Source: Gemmatimonadaceae bacterium
Lineage (GTDB): Bacteria; Gemmatimonadota; Gemmatimonadetes; Gemmatimonadales; Gemmatimonadaceae
Direction: 5' to 3'
DNA length: 64,000 bases
Assembly (NCBI GenBank): GCA_040901985.1
Contig: JBBDYC010000009.1
Location: 124,364 to 188,363, forward strand
The position numbers and the translations under genes are program-made. Positions 28,953 through 39,001 of this stretch are shown here, piece after piece. The notes under the pieces are model-generated. The model was not told the DNA's origin and made no database searches. It saw only the letters and a program-made list of their open reading frames with translations. The stretch's first letter is position 1. Each line of letters starts with the position of its first letter.

Positions 28953-30455
28953 CTACGCAAACTCGCCGTCCGCGACGCCGACCGCGAGCGACTCGATGTC
29001 GCCCCCGAGCACGCGGTCGGCCACGAGCGGCGCCACGCGCGCGCGGACCGCGGCGTAGGCGCGCTCGACCCCGACGCCGGCGCGCAGCGGCCGCCGCGAC
29101 TCCAGCCCCTGCGCCGCGCAAAGGAGCTCGACCGCCAGCACGTGCCGCACATTGTGGAGCACGCGCCGCAGCTTGATCGCCGCGCCCATCGCCATCGGCA
29201 CCACGTCCTCCTTGCTGCCGTCCGTGGGAATCGTGTCCACGCTCGCCGGATGCGCGAGCACCTTGCATTCGCTCGTCAGCGCGGCCGCCGTCACCTGCGC
29301 CATCATCAGGCCCGAGCTGACGCCCGCCGTCGCGGTCAGGAAGGGCGGCAGGCCCTGGTTGAGGTCCGGATGGACGAGACGGTCGGCCCGCCGCTCACTC
29401 ATCGCCGCGAGGTTCGTCATCACGATCGCCAGCACGTCGAGCGCCAGCGCCACCGCCTGGCCGTGGAAGTTGCCGCCGGAGAGCATCGTCCCGTCGTCGA
29501 ACACCAGCGGGTTGTCGGTGGCCGCATTCAGCTCCGGCGCGATCAGCGACTCGGCGAAGTCCAGCGCCTCGAGCACCGGCCCGTGCACCTGCGGCATGCA
29601 GCGGAGGGCGTAGGCGTCCTGCACGCGCGGGTCATTGTCGCGATGCGATTCGCGGATCTCGCTCCCTTCCAACAACGCGAGCAGGCGCGCGGCGGAGGCG
29701 GACTGGCCGCGCTGGCCGCGTGCGGCGTGGATCCGCGCGTCGAAGGCCGCCGGCGTGCCGAGCAGGGCCTCGAGCGACATCGCGCCGGCGGCGTGCGCGG
29801 CGTCCCAGCACCGCCGCGCTTCGACAAGTGCGAGGGCGGCGACCGCGGTGTGCGCCTGCGTCCCGTTGATCAGCGCCAACCCTTCCTTCGGGCCGAGCGT
29901 GACCGGCGCCAGCCGGTGCTGCCGCAACACCTCGGCAGCCGGCCCCTCGCCCTTGGGATGCCGCAGCGTGCCCTCCCCGATCAGCGCCAGCGCGAGGTGC
30001 GCCAGCGGCGCGAGGTCCCCGCTCGCGCCCACCGACCCCTGTTCCGGCACCGGCGGGTGGAGCCGCGCGTCGAGCATCGCGCAGAGGAGCTCGACGAGTT
30101 CCGGCCGCGCGCCGCTGTAGCCCTTGGCGAGGACGTTGGCGCGGAGCAGCATCATCGCGCGGACCTCGCGCTCGGGGAGCCGCGGCCCCACCCCCGCCGC
30201 GTGGCTGCGGACGAGATTCACCTGCAGCTGCGCCAGCTGGTCGGGCGCGATGGCGATGTCGGCGAGCTTGCCGAATCCGGTGGTGACGCCGTACACCACC
30301 TCGCCGCGCGCGGCGATTCCCTCCACAATCGTCCGCGTGGCGCGCATCCGGTCGCGCGCCGTCGCCGCGAGCCGGACCGCGCGCCCGCCGTCGGCGACGG
30401 CGGCGACCTCGGCGACCGTCAGGGTGGAGCCGGTCAGTTCGAGGGCAGCGGTCAC
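28953..30455 (-). CDS. hutH: Histidine ammonia-lyase
   Basis: VYGVTTGFG, GSVGASGDLAPLAH (MIO-forming ASG), KEGLALING, QDAYALRC, GGNFHG; GTG start overlaps the lptD-like stop. Confidence 0.96.
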   Translation of the reverse strand: MTAALELTGSTLTVAEVAAVADGGRAVRLAATARDRMRATRTIVEGIAARGEVVYGVTTGFGKLADIAIAPDQLAQLQVNLVRSHAAGVGPRLPEREVRAMMLLRANVLAKGYSGARPELVELLCAMLDARLHPPVPEQGSVGASGDLAPLAHLALALIGEGTLRHPKGEGPAAEVLRQHRLAPVTLGPKEGLALINGTQAHTAVAALALVEARRCWDAAHAAGAMSLEALLGTPAAFDARIHAARGQRGQSASAARLLALLEGSEIRESHRDNDPRVQDAYALRCMPQVHGPVLEALDFAESLIAPELNAATDNPLVFDDGTMLSGGNFHGQAVALALDVLAIVMTNLAAMSERRADRLVHPDLNQGLPPFLTATAGVSSGLMMAQVTAAALTSECKVLAHPASVDTIPTDGSKEDVVPMAMGAAIKLRRVLHNVRHVLAVELLCAAQGLESRRPLRAGVGVERAYAAVRARVAPLVADRVLGGDIESLAVGVADGEFA

Positions 30456-33400
30456 GGCAGGACGGCGGTCGGTTGACGGTAGGTCCGGCGATCGTAGTCC
30501 ATCTTGATCTCGGGCTGGGCCTTCAGCGAGATGAGGAAGGTAAAGGAGAAGTTCCCGTTCGGCGCCTGCGTGACGCCGAAGATCGCCTTCCAGTCGTGGA
30601 GGTCGCGCTGCAGGGTGACCACCTGGCTCGCGAACTGGCTCCGCTCCACGTCGTAGGTCGTGTTCCACCCCGCGCCCCACTTCGGCGTCAGGTTGAAGCT
30701 CGTGCGGATCCCCACCGACGTCGTCGGCGGCACGCGGATGAACGTCCCGCCCGCCGTCCCGTCGCCCTGGCCGCCGTCGGTCGGCCGGTTGCGTTCCGCG
30801 TTGAAGATGCAGAAGTCGTACTGCGGAAGTCCCGCGAGCGCGGCGCACTCCACCGCCGGGTCGTAGTCAATCACGCGTCCCCCGACCGGCGGCCGCTGGC
30901 GCTGCTGGGAGACGCTGAAGTTCGCCGTGAACCCCCGCGCGGTGTTGAGTTCCTGCACGCCCGAGCGCCCGCGCGTGCCGGTCACCGCGCCGATCCCCTG
31001 TTGGCCGGGGATCATTGACGACACGAGGCCGCCGCCCATCGCGTCGGTCTCGTTCGCCCCCGGGCCCTCGGCCGCGACCGTCGCCACCGGCTGCAGCCCG
31101 AGGAGCCGGACAATTCCCCGCACGATCGCCGAGTTGCGATTGAGGTCGAACCCAAACCGCACCGCCTCCCGGTACGGCTTGAAGACCGCGGTGTCGGTCA
31201 GCACGCTCCCCTGGAAGAGCGAATAGTCCACGCCGAGGTCGAACCCGGGGAGGAGCTCGGACCGGAAGGTGTAGCCGGCGCGGTCGGTGGCGAACCCGCT
31301 GCCGCCGATCTGGCGCTTCTTCTCGAAGTCATAGACCAGCGGCGTGAACTGGAGCGAGACGAGGCGCACCTTCCGTCCGCCGCCGCGCGCCGTGTCGTCG
31401 GGGATCCGCAGCTTCGCCTCGAGGCTCGTGTTGAGCCCGAACGTGACGCGGTTCTGCGCCAGCCCGCCGATGTACGACGCCGGCGACTTACCGAGCGCGA
31501 GGAGGTACTCGTCGCTGACGTCCTTGGCCGGCGAGTAGCCCCACGACAGCGTCGGCGACACCGAGTGGCGCATCCGCTCCGCCGGACCGATGCCCGGCAG
31601 GAGCCGGAAGAGCGTCGGGCTGATCCCCAGTCCGTAGGTCACGCGCTTGGACTGCGAGACCCAGGCGCCGTTGGTCCGCTCCGACCGCACGAAGCTGCCG
31701 CTGGGGTCCACGTTCGACAGGCTGACGTAGGGCGCGACGTTCCACCTTCCCTGGGCGAACTGCGGGAGGCCGACGCTGACGTCGAAGTCGGCCGTCGAGA
31801 GGTAGGTCCGCGCATAGACCCGGTCAATGGTCCGCGATGGGTCGGCCGGGTCGGGGACGGTCTTGATCGCCGGGAAGTCCTGGACGACGTCCGTATAGCG
31901 GTAGCTGTTCTGCACCTGGAAGTTGAAGAACTTGAACGGCGTCGAGAGCGTGATGGCGCTGTTCCGCGTGTCGCGCTTGAGGCGCGTCGAGTCGAGACCG
32001 CCCGGCCCGGTGCCGTAGCGCCAGACGAAGTCACCGGCGGCGTCGAGGTTGAACGCCTCGGTGTTGCGCAGCGCGAAGGTGGGCGTGAGCACGAACCAGT
32101 CACCGACGGTGAGCGGCTTCGACGCCACGTTGAGCGACGGGAAGTCCTGGTCCACCTGGTCGCGACCTGGGTACTGGCGGCGCGACCCGCCGAGGTTGAC
32201 GGTGAACGGCCCCTGCTGGCGCACCAGGTTCGCCTGCGACGCAATCGTTGCCAGCGCCGCCATCGGATTGATGATCGCCTGGCGCTGCACGTGCGTGTTG
32301 GTCACGTAGTTCAGGTTCGTCGAGAGGCGCGTGCGCGACGAGAACTCCTGGGTGTGCGACCACGCGACGCCGAGATTCCGGGTCCCGTTGCTGAGCGCGT
32401 TGCGCGAGACCGCCACCTGGCCGCCGACGAAGCGGTCGAGCCAGCGGTAGCGGAACTCGCCGTTGAGGCGCGTCCATCCGGGGTCGGGCGCCGTCTCGCG
32501 CGCGCTCGACCGCCAGTCCAGCGAGACCTGGGCGTCCACGTAGTCGCTGAGCGCGAAGTAGTAGCCGAGGTTCTCGGCCGTCCGTCGGTAGGTCGGGCTG
32601 TTGCGGACAAGTTCGGAAAAGCCGAGCCGCGGGGTGAGCAGCCCCGAGCGGCGCCCCGTGCGGATGTCCTGGAACATGAACGGGAGCCAGAGCACCGGCA
32701 CCTGGCCGACGTAGAGGATCGCCGGCCGGGCGATGATCACGCTCCGGCTCACCCGCTTGAGTTCCTTGGCGAGGAAGTGGTAGTGCGGGACGGAGTCGAG
32801 GCACGACGTGATGATGCCGTCGCGCCCGTAGACCGTCGAGCGGTCGCTCGTGGAATCGGAGGTGAACGTGGCGCGGTGGGCGAGGATCTGCCAATCCTCG
32901 CCGGAGTTGGCGATGGTGCTGAACTGGCGCGTCCGGCCCTCGCGGCGCGCGAGGTCATAGGTCATCTCCTCGCGCCCGATGACGTCCGCCACCTGGTCGG
33001 GATCGCGCATCACGATTGTGTCGCCGCGCGCGGCGATCATCTGCGTGCTGTCGTTGTAGACGATCCGGCGCGCGACGAGGAGCGTGGAGTCGCGCTGGAC
33101 GCCCGAGCGGCCGCTGTCGGTGGCGGCAAGCGACATCGTGCGCGACCCGGCGTCGAAGCCAATCGAGTCGGACTGATAGCGGACCACCCGGTAGCCGGCG
33201 CGCTGCAGGAGCGCGAGCATCACCGAGTCGTCGGGGACCCAGTGAATGAGCCTCGGCCGGCCCGCCGAGTCGGCGACGGCGCGCCTGATGCTGTCGCGCG
33301 CGGCGGCGCGCCTGATGCTGTCGCGCGCGGCGGCGCGGCCGGCCGAGTCGAGCGGCGGCTGGCGGACGGCCGTGTCGCGGGCGGCCGTGTCGCGCGGCGC

Positions 33401-33532
33401 CTCGACGGGCGGTCGCCGCACCGGCTGCTCCTGCGCGCCGAGGGTCCACGGGCCGCCGACCCCGAGCAGCACGGCGGCCGCGGCGCGGCGCCACGGCCGA
33501 CGCGACGGCCGGCGTGACGGCCGGCGCCTCAC
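30452..33532 (-). CDS. lptD: Putative LPS assembly protein LptD
   Basis: Signal peptide, N-terminal jellyroll-like region with ITSC...PHYHF, RRSGLLTP, long beta-barrel ending QRDLHDW...FTFLISLKA. Confidence 0.75.
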   Translation of the reverse strand: MRRRPSRRPSRRPWRRAAAAVLLGVGGPWTLGAQEQPVRRPPVEAPRDTAARDTAVRQPPLDSAGRAAARDSIRRAAARDSIRRAVADSAGRPRLIHWVPDDSVMLALLQRAGYRVVRYQSDSIGFDAGSRTMSLAATDSGRSGVQRDSTLLVARRIVYNDSTQMIAARGDTIVMRDPDQVADVIGREEMTYDLARREGRTRQFSTIANSGEDWQILAHRATFTSDSTSDRSTVYGRDGIITSCLDSVPHYHFLAKELKRVSRSVIIARPAILYVGQVPVLWLPFMFQDIRTGRRSGLLTPRLGFSELVRNSPTYRRTAENLGYYFALSDYVDAQVSLDWRSSARETAPDPGWTRLNGEFRYRWLDRFVGGQVAVSRNALSNGTRNLGVAWSHTQEFSSRTRLSTNLNYVTNTHVQRQAIINPMAALATIASQANLVRQQGPFTVNLGGSRRQYPGRDQVDQDFPSLNVASKPLTVGDWFVLTPTFALRNTEAFNLDAAGDFVWRYGTGPGGLDSTRLKRDTRNSAITLSTPFKFFNFQVQNSYRYTDVVQDFPAIKTVPDPADPSRTIDRVYARTYLSTADFDVSVGLPQFAQGRWNVAPYVSLSNVDPSGSFVRSERTNGAWVSQSKRVTYGLGISPTLFRLLPGIGPAERMRHSVSPTLSWGYSPAKDVSDEYLLALGKSPASYIGGLAQNRVTFGLNTSLEAKLRIPDDTARGGGRKVRLVSLQFTPLVYDFEKKRQIGGSGFATDRAGYTFRSELLPGFDLGVDYSLFQGSVLTDTAVFKPYREAVRFGFDLNRNSAIVRGIVRLLGLQPVATVAAEGPGANETDAMGGGLVSSMIPGQQGIGAVTGTRGRSGVQELNTARGFTANFSVSQQRQRPPVGGRVIDYDPAVECAALAGLPQYDFCIFNAERNRPTDGGQGDGTAGGTFIRVPPTTSVGIRTSFNLTPKWGAGWNTTYDVERSQFASQVVTLQRDLHDWKAIFGVTQAPNGNFSFTFLISLKAQPEIKMDYDRRTYRQPTAVLP

Positions 33533-34311
33533 GTCGCCGCCCGTCCGACCGCGTCCGCCTCGGCGCGGAGCCGCTTCTCGCGCGCGCGGTGGACGAACCA
33601 GCTCAGGACGATGCTGACCTCATAGAGCCCGTAGAGCGGCACCCCGAGCATCAGCGTCATGATCAGGAGGTCCCCCGGCGTGATCATCGCCGCCCCGAGC
33701 AGACTCCCCACCACCGCGTGGCGGCGATACCGGGCGAGCGTCGTCGGAGTCACGAGGCCCAGCGCGGTGAGCGCGAGGATGACGATCGGCAGCTGGAACG
33801 CGCCGCCGAAGGCGAGGCAGAGGATCACCGTGAACGAGAAGTACTCGCTCGCGGTGATCATCTGCTCCAGCGACGCGGACTGGAACGAGAGGAGGACGTC
33901 GAACATCGCCGGCAGGACGAATCGCACGCAGAGGAATACCCCGCTGGCGAAGAGTCCGGCGGCGCCGATGAGGACCGGGATGAGGACACGCCTCTCGTGC
34001 TGGTGGAGCGCCGGCGCGAGAAACGCCCAGGCCTGGTAGACGATCACCGGCGACGCGGCGACGAGGCCGAGCCCGAACGAGACCTTGAGGACGATCCCGA
34101 TCGGGTCGGCGGGGTGCGTGAAGACCAGCTTCCCGTCGGGCAGGTAGGGCGCGATGGGGACGGCGAGGATGCCGATCACGTCGTAGCGCCAGACGATCGC
34201 GAAGGCGACCATCATCGCGAGCACGAGGGCGCCGAGGGCCCAGAAGAGCCGGTGGCGCAGCTCTTCGAGGTGATCGAGGAAGGGCATCTCGCCCGACGCG
34301 CCGTGACTCAT
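33529..34311 (-). CDS. tatC: Twin-arginine translocase subunit TatC
   Basis: EMPFLDHLEELRHRL, YQAWAFLAPAL, AFQLP, ITPGD, LYEVSI. Confidence 0.95.
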   Translation of the reverse strand: MSHGASGEMPFLDHLEELRHRLFWALGALVLAMMVAFAIVWRYDVIGILAVPIAPYLPDGKLVFTHPADPIGIVLKVSFGLGLVAASPVIVYQAWAFLAPALHQHERRVLIPVLIGAAGLFASGVFLCVRFVLPAMFDVLLSFQSASLEQMITASEYFSFTVILCLAFGGAFQLPIVILALTALGLVTPTTLARYRRHAVVGSLLGAAMITPGDLLIMTLMLGVPLYGLYEVSIVLSWFVHRAREKRLRAEADAVGRAAT

Positions 34312-34349
34312 CGTGTGGGGTGGGGTCGGCGTCGCCGCCCCCCCGCGCG

Positions 34350-35177
34350 CTAGGGACTGGCGCGCAGGAATTCCTGCGCCAGGAGCGCTGCGTCGGAGCG
34401 CGGATAGCGGTCCACGATCTGCTGGTAGATCGCCCGCGCCTGCTGCGCCTGCCCGATGCTGCGGAACGCCGTCGCGCGCTTGTAGAGGGCGTTGGGTGCC
34501 ATCGCCGAGCGAGGATACCGCTGTGCGACCAGCGCATAGACGGAATCGGCGGCCACCCCGTTGCCCTCGTCCGCCCACGTCTCGGCGACGCTGTAAAGCG
34601 CGTCGGGGGCGAGGTCGGAGGTTGGGTGCTTGTCGAGCAGCTCGAGAAAGGCGCCGCGTGCCGCGGTCGTGCTGCCCCGCCGGAGCTGGTCCTGACCCAT
34701 CTGCATCAGTTGGGCCGGACCGAGCACCGCCGGCGCCGGACGCGCCGGCGCCATTGCCGTGCCGCCGGTCGCCGGATCCCCGGCCGGCGGGACGACCGGC
34801 GTCGCGAGCTCGGCGGCCCGCGCCTCCATTTCGGAGCGCAGTTCCTGGATCCGCCGCTGGCTCTGGCCCGTGAGTTCCTGAATCATGATCAGCTGCTGCC
34901 GGATGGACTGCAGGTCCTCGCGGACATCCCCGCGCAGGCGCATCACCGTCGCGTTGGCCGCACGCGCGGTATCGGCGACGTCGGCCAGCGCCCGCGACAC
35001 GCGCAACAACCCGGACTCGATGGCCAACAGCAGGGCCGAGTCCGCCGCCACCCGTTCGGCCCGCACGACCTGCAGGTCCAGCTGCAGGACGCGCACGTCC
35101 TCACGGGTGGCGAAGCACGCGCCGGCCGTCAACACGACGGCCGGCGCGAGCCACTGGAGCGCCCGCCGTCCCGTCAC
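34350..35177 (-). CDS. cpoB: Tol-Pal system protein YbgF/CpoB
   Basis: Lipobox-like TAGAC, coiled coil, C-terminal TPRs (YPRSAMAPNALYK); directly downstream of pal with GTGA overlap. Confidence 0.8.
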   Translation of the reverse strand: MTGRRALQWLAPAVVLTAGACFATREDVRVLQLDLQVVRAERVAADSALLLAIESGLLRVSRALADVADTARAANATVMRLRGDVREDLQSIRQQLIMIQELTGQSQRRIQELRSEMEARAAELATPVVPPAGDPATGGTAMAPARPAPAVLGPAQLMQMGQDQLRRGSTTAARGAFLELLDKHPTSDLAPDALYSVAETWADEGNGVAADSVYALVAQRYPRSAMAPNALYKRATAFRSIGQAQQARAIYQQIVDRYPRSDAALLAQEFLRASP

Positions 35178-35806
35178 GGGAGGCGGAGCATCTCCGCACC
35201 GGCGATCATCTCGAATTCCGAGCGCCGGTTCTGCGACCACGCCGACTCCATCGAACCCATCGCGGCCGGCCGATCCTCACCGTAGCTCACGGTCTCGATC
35301 CGATTCTCGGCAATGCCCTGATCCACCAGGTACCGCTTGGCTGCGGCGGCACGCCGCTGGCCGAGCGCGATGTTGTAGGCGTCCGAGCCGCGCTCGTCGG
35401 TGTGGCCGGCGATGCGGATGCGGAGGTTGGGGTTGGCCCGGAGGAGTGGCACCTTGGCGTCAAGCGTGGTGCGCGCCTCGGGCTTCAGGTCGGCCTTGTC
35501 GAAGTCGTAGTAGATCTGCATCGCGAAGGCGGCGCGGGCCGCGTTCACGCGGGCTTCCATCTCGGCGCGGGCACGGGCCTCGGCGGCGAGCCGCTCGCGC
35601 TCGGCGGCCGCGGCACGGGCGCGGGCTTCCGCCTCGGCGCGGGCGCGGGCCTCGGCCTCGGCACGCTCGCGCTCGCGCTCGACGGCGTCAATGGAGTCCT
35701 GGTTGATCATCGGCTCCGGCGGCGGCGGCGGCTCGGGCGGCCGGCAGGCGGCGGCGCCGACGGCAACCGAGGCCAGGAGCATCAGGGCGAGCTTGCGAAG
35801 TGACAT
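35174..35806 (-). CDS. pal: Peptidoglycan-associated lipoprotein
   Basis: Lipobox AAAC, IYYDFDKADL, GHTDERGSDAYNIALGQRRA, SYGEDRP, QNRR. Confidence 0.93.
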   Translation of the reverse strand: MSLRKLALMLLASVAVGAAACRPPEPPPPPEPMINQDSIDAVERERERAEAEARARAEAEARARAAAAERERLAAEARARAEMEARVNAARAAFAMQIYYDFDKADLKPEARTTLDAKVPLLRANPNLRIRIAGHTDERGSDAYNIALGQRRAAAAKRYLVDQGIAENRIETVSYGEDRPAAMGSMESAWSQNRRSEFEMIAGAEMLRLP

Positions 35807-35856
35807 GGATACCTCGTGGAGGGGGAGCAAGGGGACAAGGAAGGAACGACGGACCA

Positions 35857-37167
35857 CTACCTGGGCACTGCGAACCGCGGCGACCACGCGCCCATCCGGG
35901 CCGCCGCACCGTGGGTCAGCTGTCGCAACCGACCCGACTCCGTATCCAGGACCCAGAGCTGACGGGTCCCGCTGCGCGAAGAGGTGAACACGAGATGCCG
36001 GGCATCAGGCGCCCACGACGGCTGTTCATTTACCCCTTCGATCGTGTGTTGCTTCACGCTGCGATCCCGCAGACTGATGGTGGCGACCTGGAAGCGTCCC
36101 TCGATCTGCGTCTGGAACGCCACCCGCTGCCCATCCGGCGACCAGACCGGGTCCGAGCGATACGACTGGTCGCCGAATCCGGTCGTCGTCAGCCACTGCG
36201 GATTCGCACCATCTGCATCCGTAATATATATCTCCGGCCGCCCCAACCGACCAGACGCAAAGGCGATTCGACGCCCGTCGGGAGAGAACGACGGCGAGAG
36301 ATTCTCCGTCCCCCGTCCGACGGTCACGCGCACCGGCCCTTCACCGCCGGCGAGCGGCACCGCCCAGAGGTCGGTGCCGTCCAGCCCGGACGAGAAGACG
36401 AGCGTCCGGCCGTCGGGAGAAAAGGCCGGCGTGATGTTCGTGCCGCCACTGAAGGAGACCCGGCGCGTCGTGCCGCTCACGAGGTCGCGCACGAGGATAT
36501 GGGTGCCGTCGTCGGCGAACTCGGTGTAGGCGATCGAGCGGCCGCTCGGGTGCCAGGCCGGATGGAGCCCGCTGCCGACGCCAGCCACCGGGCGCGCGTT
36601 GGCCCCGTCGGAGTCCACCGTCCAGAGCGTCCCACCGCGGTTGAAGAGGATGCGTGTGGCAGCAACGCCGGGAACGCCGGTGATCCAGCGCTCGATCTCG
36701 TCGCTGACGCCGTGGAGCGCCATCCGCCAGTCGCCCGAGAGCGGCTCGGCGTCAATCGGGAACTCCCGCGTATTCATCACGCGGGCCGCGCCGACCTCGT
36801 GCACCACGACCTTCACCCCGCCGCCGACCTGCTCGGTGACGTGGAGGACCGCGGCGGCGCCGAGCGCCGCATAGAGCGGATAGTTGAGCGTGCCGGTGGG
36901 CGCGCTGCCGGAGTCCGGCGCGATGACGCCGATCCGGTCGCCGAAATCAATATTGCGCGTGAGGATGGCGCGGATCGAGTCGGCGTAGAGGCCGGCCATC
37001 GGCAGGACGTAGAGTCCCGGGCGCGTGCCGGCGGTGTAGGTGAGCCCGATCCGCACGCCCTGCGGTTCCTGCGGGTGTGCCGCCCGCGGCGTCACGAGGG
37101 CGGCCGTCACGAGGGCGGCCGTCACGAGGGCGGCCGTCACGGCGACGGCAACGAGGACGCGATTCAT
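35857..37167 (-). CDS. tolB: TolB beta-propeller protein
   Basis: Repeated PD40 motifs (PAFSPDGR, PSFSPDGR, PVWSPDGQ, PSWAPD); tol-pal context. Confidence 0.88.
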   Translation of the reverse strand: MNRVLVAVAVTAALVTAALVTAALVTPRAAHPQEPQGVRIGLTYTAGTRPGLYVLPMAGLYADSIRAILTRNIDFGDRIGVIAPDSGSAPTGTLNYPLYAALGAAAVLHVTEQVGGGVKVVVHEVGAARVMNTREFPIDAEPLSGDWRMALHGVSDEIERWITGVPGVAATRILFNRGGTLWTVDSDGANARPVAGVGSGLHPAWHPSGRSIAYTEFADDGTHILVRDLVSGTTRRVSFSGGTNITPAFSPDGRTLVFSSGLDGTDLWAVPLAGGEGPVRVTVGRGTENLSPSFSPDGRRIAFASGRLGRPEIYITDADGANPQWLTTTGFGDQSYRSDPVWSPDGQRVAFQTQIEGRFQVATISLRDRSVKQHTIEGVNEQPSWAPDARHLVFTSSRSGTRQLWVLDTESGRLRQLTHGAAARMGAWSPRFAVPR

Positions 37168-37877
37168 CGCAGGCGGGCCGGGTCGAAGCTGAAGGTCACG
37201 GGGAGAATGTCGTCGGAGAAGTCGGTGGGGAGCACGCCAAAGTTCCGCGCCGCCGACTCGACGGCGCCCTGGGCCTCGAGGTCGAACGCGAAGTTCCCGC
37301 TGCTGGTCACGAACCGGAAGCCGGTGACGGAGCCGTCCCGGCGGATGAAGAAGAAGACCTCGGCCTTGAGCGCGCCCGGATTCCGCGGATGGAAGTTGAG
37401 CGCGATCTGTCGCACGATGTTCGAGAGGTACCCCGGATAGGGGAACGCGATCCCCTCGGTGCGGACGGTGGCGACATCGGTGCCGGCGCCGCCGATCTCG
37501 CCGCCGCCGGCGGTCGGCGCGGTGGTCGGGTCCACGCGCTGCTGCGTCTTGGTGATGTTGGGGGTGGCGCGCGTGGGCGTGCGGGCGGCGCGCGACGGCG
37601 GATTGATCGGGGCGGCCTTCACCGGGTCGGGCGCCTCGGCCTTCGGCGGCGCCTTGGACGTCGGGGTCTCCGGGGCCGGCGTCTCGCGGACGACACCGAC
37701 CGCGCGCTCGCCGGGCGGCGCCGCGACGAGGTCCACCTGGTACATCGGCGGCAGGGGCGGCGGCGGCGCGGCCGTCCAGACCACGAAAGGGGCGACGACC
37801 GCCGCGTGCAGGAGCAGCGAGAGCGCCAAGGCGCCGCCGATTCCCGACTGGTGGGCGTGGAGCGCGGCGGCGCTCAC
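37164..37877 (-). CDS. TolA/TonB C-terminal domain protein
   Basis: TM helix with SLLLH motif, Pro-rich linker, C-terminal IRRDGSV..SSGN..FD. Confidence 0.82.
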   Translation of the reverse strand: MSAAALHAHQSGIGGALALSLLLHAAVVAPFVVWTAAPPPPLPPMYQVDLVAAPPGERAVGVVRETPAPETPTSKAPPKAEAPDPVKAAPINPPSRAARTPTRATPNITKTQQRVDPTTAPTAGGGEIGGAGTDVATVRTEGIAFPYPGYLSNIVRQIALNFHPRNPGALKAEVFFFIRRDGSVTGFRFVTSSGNFAFDLEAQGAVESAARNFGVLPTDFSDDILPVTFSFDPARLR

Positions 37878-38284
37878 CGCGGCAGATCCTCCGGTTCGGC
37901 GACCAGCCCGATATTTCCCACCCCGGCGGCGCGCATGATCGCCAGCACCTCGACCACGCGGCCGTAGTTCACGCTTTGGTCGGCGCGGAGATAGACGCCG
38001 GCGCGGCCGGCCTGGCCGGCGAGGGTGGCGAACGATCCGCGAAACTCGGCGAGCGAGAGCTGGACGTCGTCGGCGAAGATCCGGCCATCACGGGTGACCG
38101 AGATGACCAGCGCGCTCTGGGCATTGAGCGGGCGCGCCGCCGCCCGCGGCAGCGTCACGTCCACCCCACCCTGCATCATTGGCGCCGTGATCATGAAGAT
38201 GATCATCAGCAGCATCATCACGTCAATCAACGAGACGACGTTGATCTCGGCGAGGAGCGGCGCGCGCCCGCCGCGCCGCCGCAT
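37874..38284 (-). CDS. tolR: TolR/ExbD
   Basis: EINVVSLIDVMMLLMIIFMITAPM, LRADQSVNYG. Confidence 0.9.
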   Translation of the reverse strand: MRRRGGRAPLLAEINVVSLIDVMMLLMIIFMITAPMMQGGVDVTLPRAAARPLNAQSALVISVTRDGRIFADDVQLSLAEFRGSFATLAGQAGRAGVYLRADQSVNYGRVVEVLAIMRAAGVGNIGLVAEPEDLPR

Positions 38285-39001
38285 CTAGAGGCGCCCCTCG
38301 CGCGCCATCAGCGCGATCACCTCGGAGCCGAATCCCTCGACCTCGCTGTCGAACCGGTTGAGCCGCGCGGCGAAGATGTTGTAGCCGAAGTACGCCGGGA
38401 TGGCGACCGCCAGTGCGGTCGCGGTCGCGATCAGCGCCTCGGCCACGCCCGGCGCGATCGCCGCGAGATTCCCCGACCCGCCCCGTGCCACGCCGAGGAA
38501 CGCCTCGATGATGCCGAGCACCGTGCCGAGGAGGCCGAGCAGCGGGCTCACCGAGCCGATCATCGCGAGCGTCGGGATCCAGGTGCCCAGCCGATCGCGT
38601 TCGGTGTTGGTCTCGGCGTCGAGGACGAGGCGCAGCGCCTGCACCTGCGACGCCGAGAGCGTGGCCGGTCCGCCTTCGGCGCTGTGGACCATCCGCGTGT
38701 CGGTCAGGAACTGGAGCGCCCGCTGCATCACGCGGGTGTGCGCGCTCGGCCGCGATCGCTTGGCGAGTGAGGCGACCGCCTCGAGCCGCGCACTCCGGTG
38801 GAAGTCGGCCAAAAAGTGCGCGCCGGCCGACTCGGCGCGCCGGAAGGCGAGCCACTTGGCGAGCATCACCGCCCAGGAGATCAACGAGAGGACCAGCAAC
38901 ACGGCGAGCACCACCTGCGTCTCGCGCGAGGCGTTGGTCACGAGCTCGAGCCGCGTGGACGGGATGGCGGAGCGGACCTGCAGCAGGGCGAAGAGGATCA
39001 C
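38285..39001 (-). CDS. tolQ: TolQ/ExbB proton channel
   Basis: SPLLGLLGTVLGI, IAPGVAEALIATA..LAVAIPA; GTG start overlaps the upstream stop. Confidence 0.9.
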   Translation of the reverse strand: MILFALLQVRSAIPSTRLELVTNASRETQVVLAVLLVLSLISWAVMLAKWLAFRRAESAGAHFLADFHRSARLEAVASLAKRSRPSAHTRVMQRALQFLTDTRMVHSAEGGPATLSASQVQALRLVLDAETNTERDRLGTWIPTLAMIGSVSPLLGLLGTVLGIIEAFLGVARGGSGNLAAIAPGVAEALIATATALAVAIPAYFGYNIFAARLNRFDSEVEGFGSEVIALMAREGRL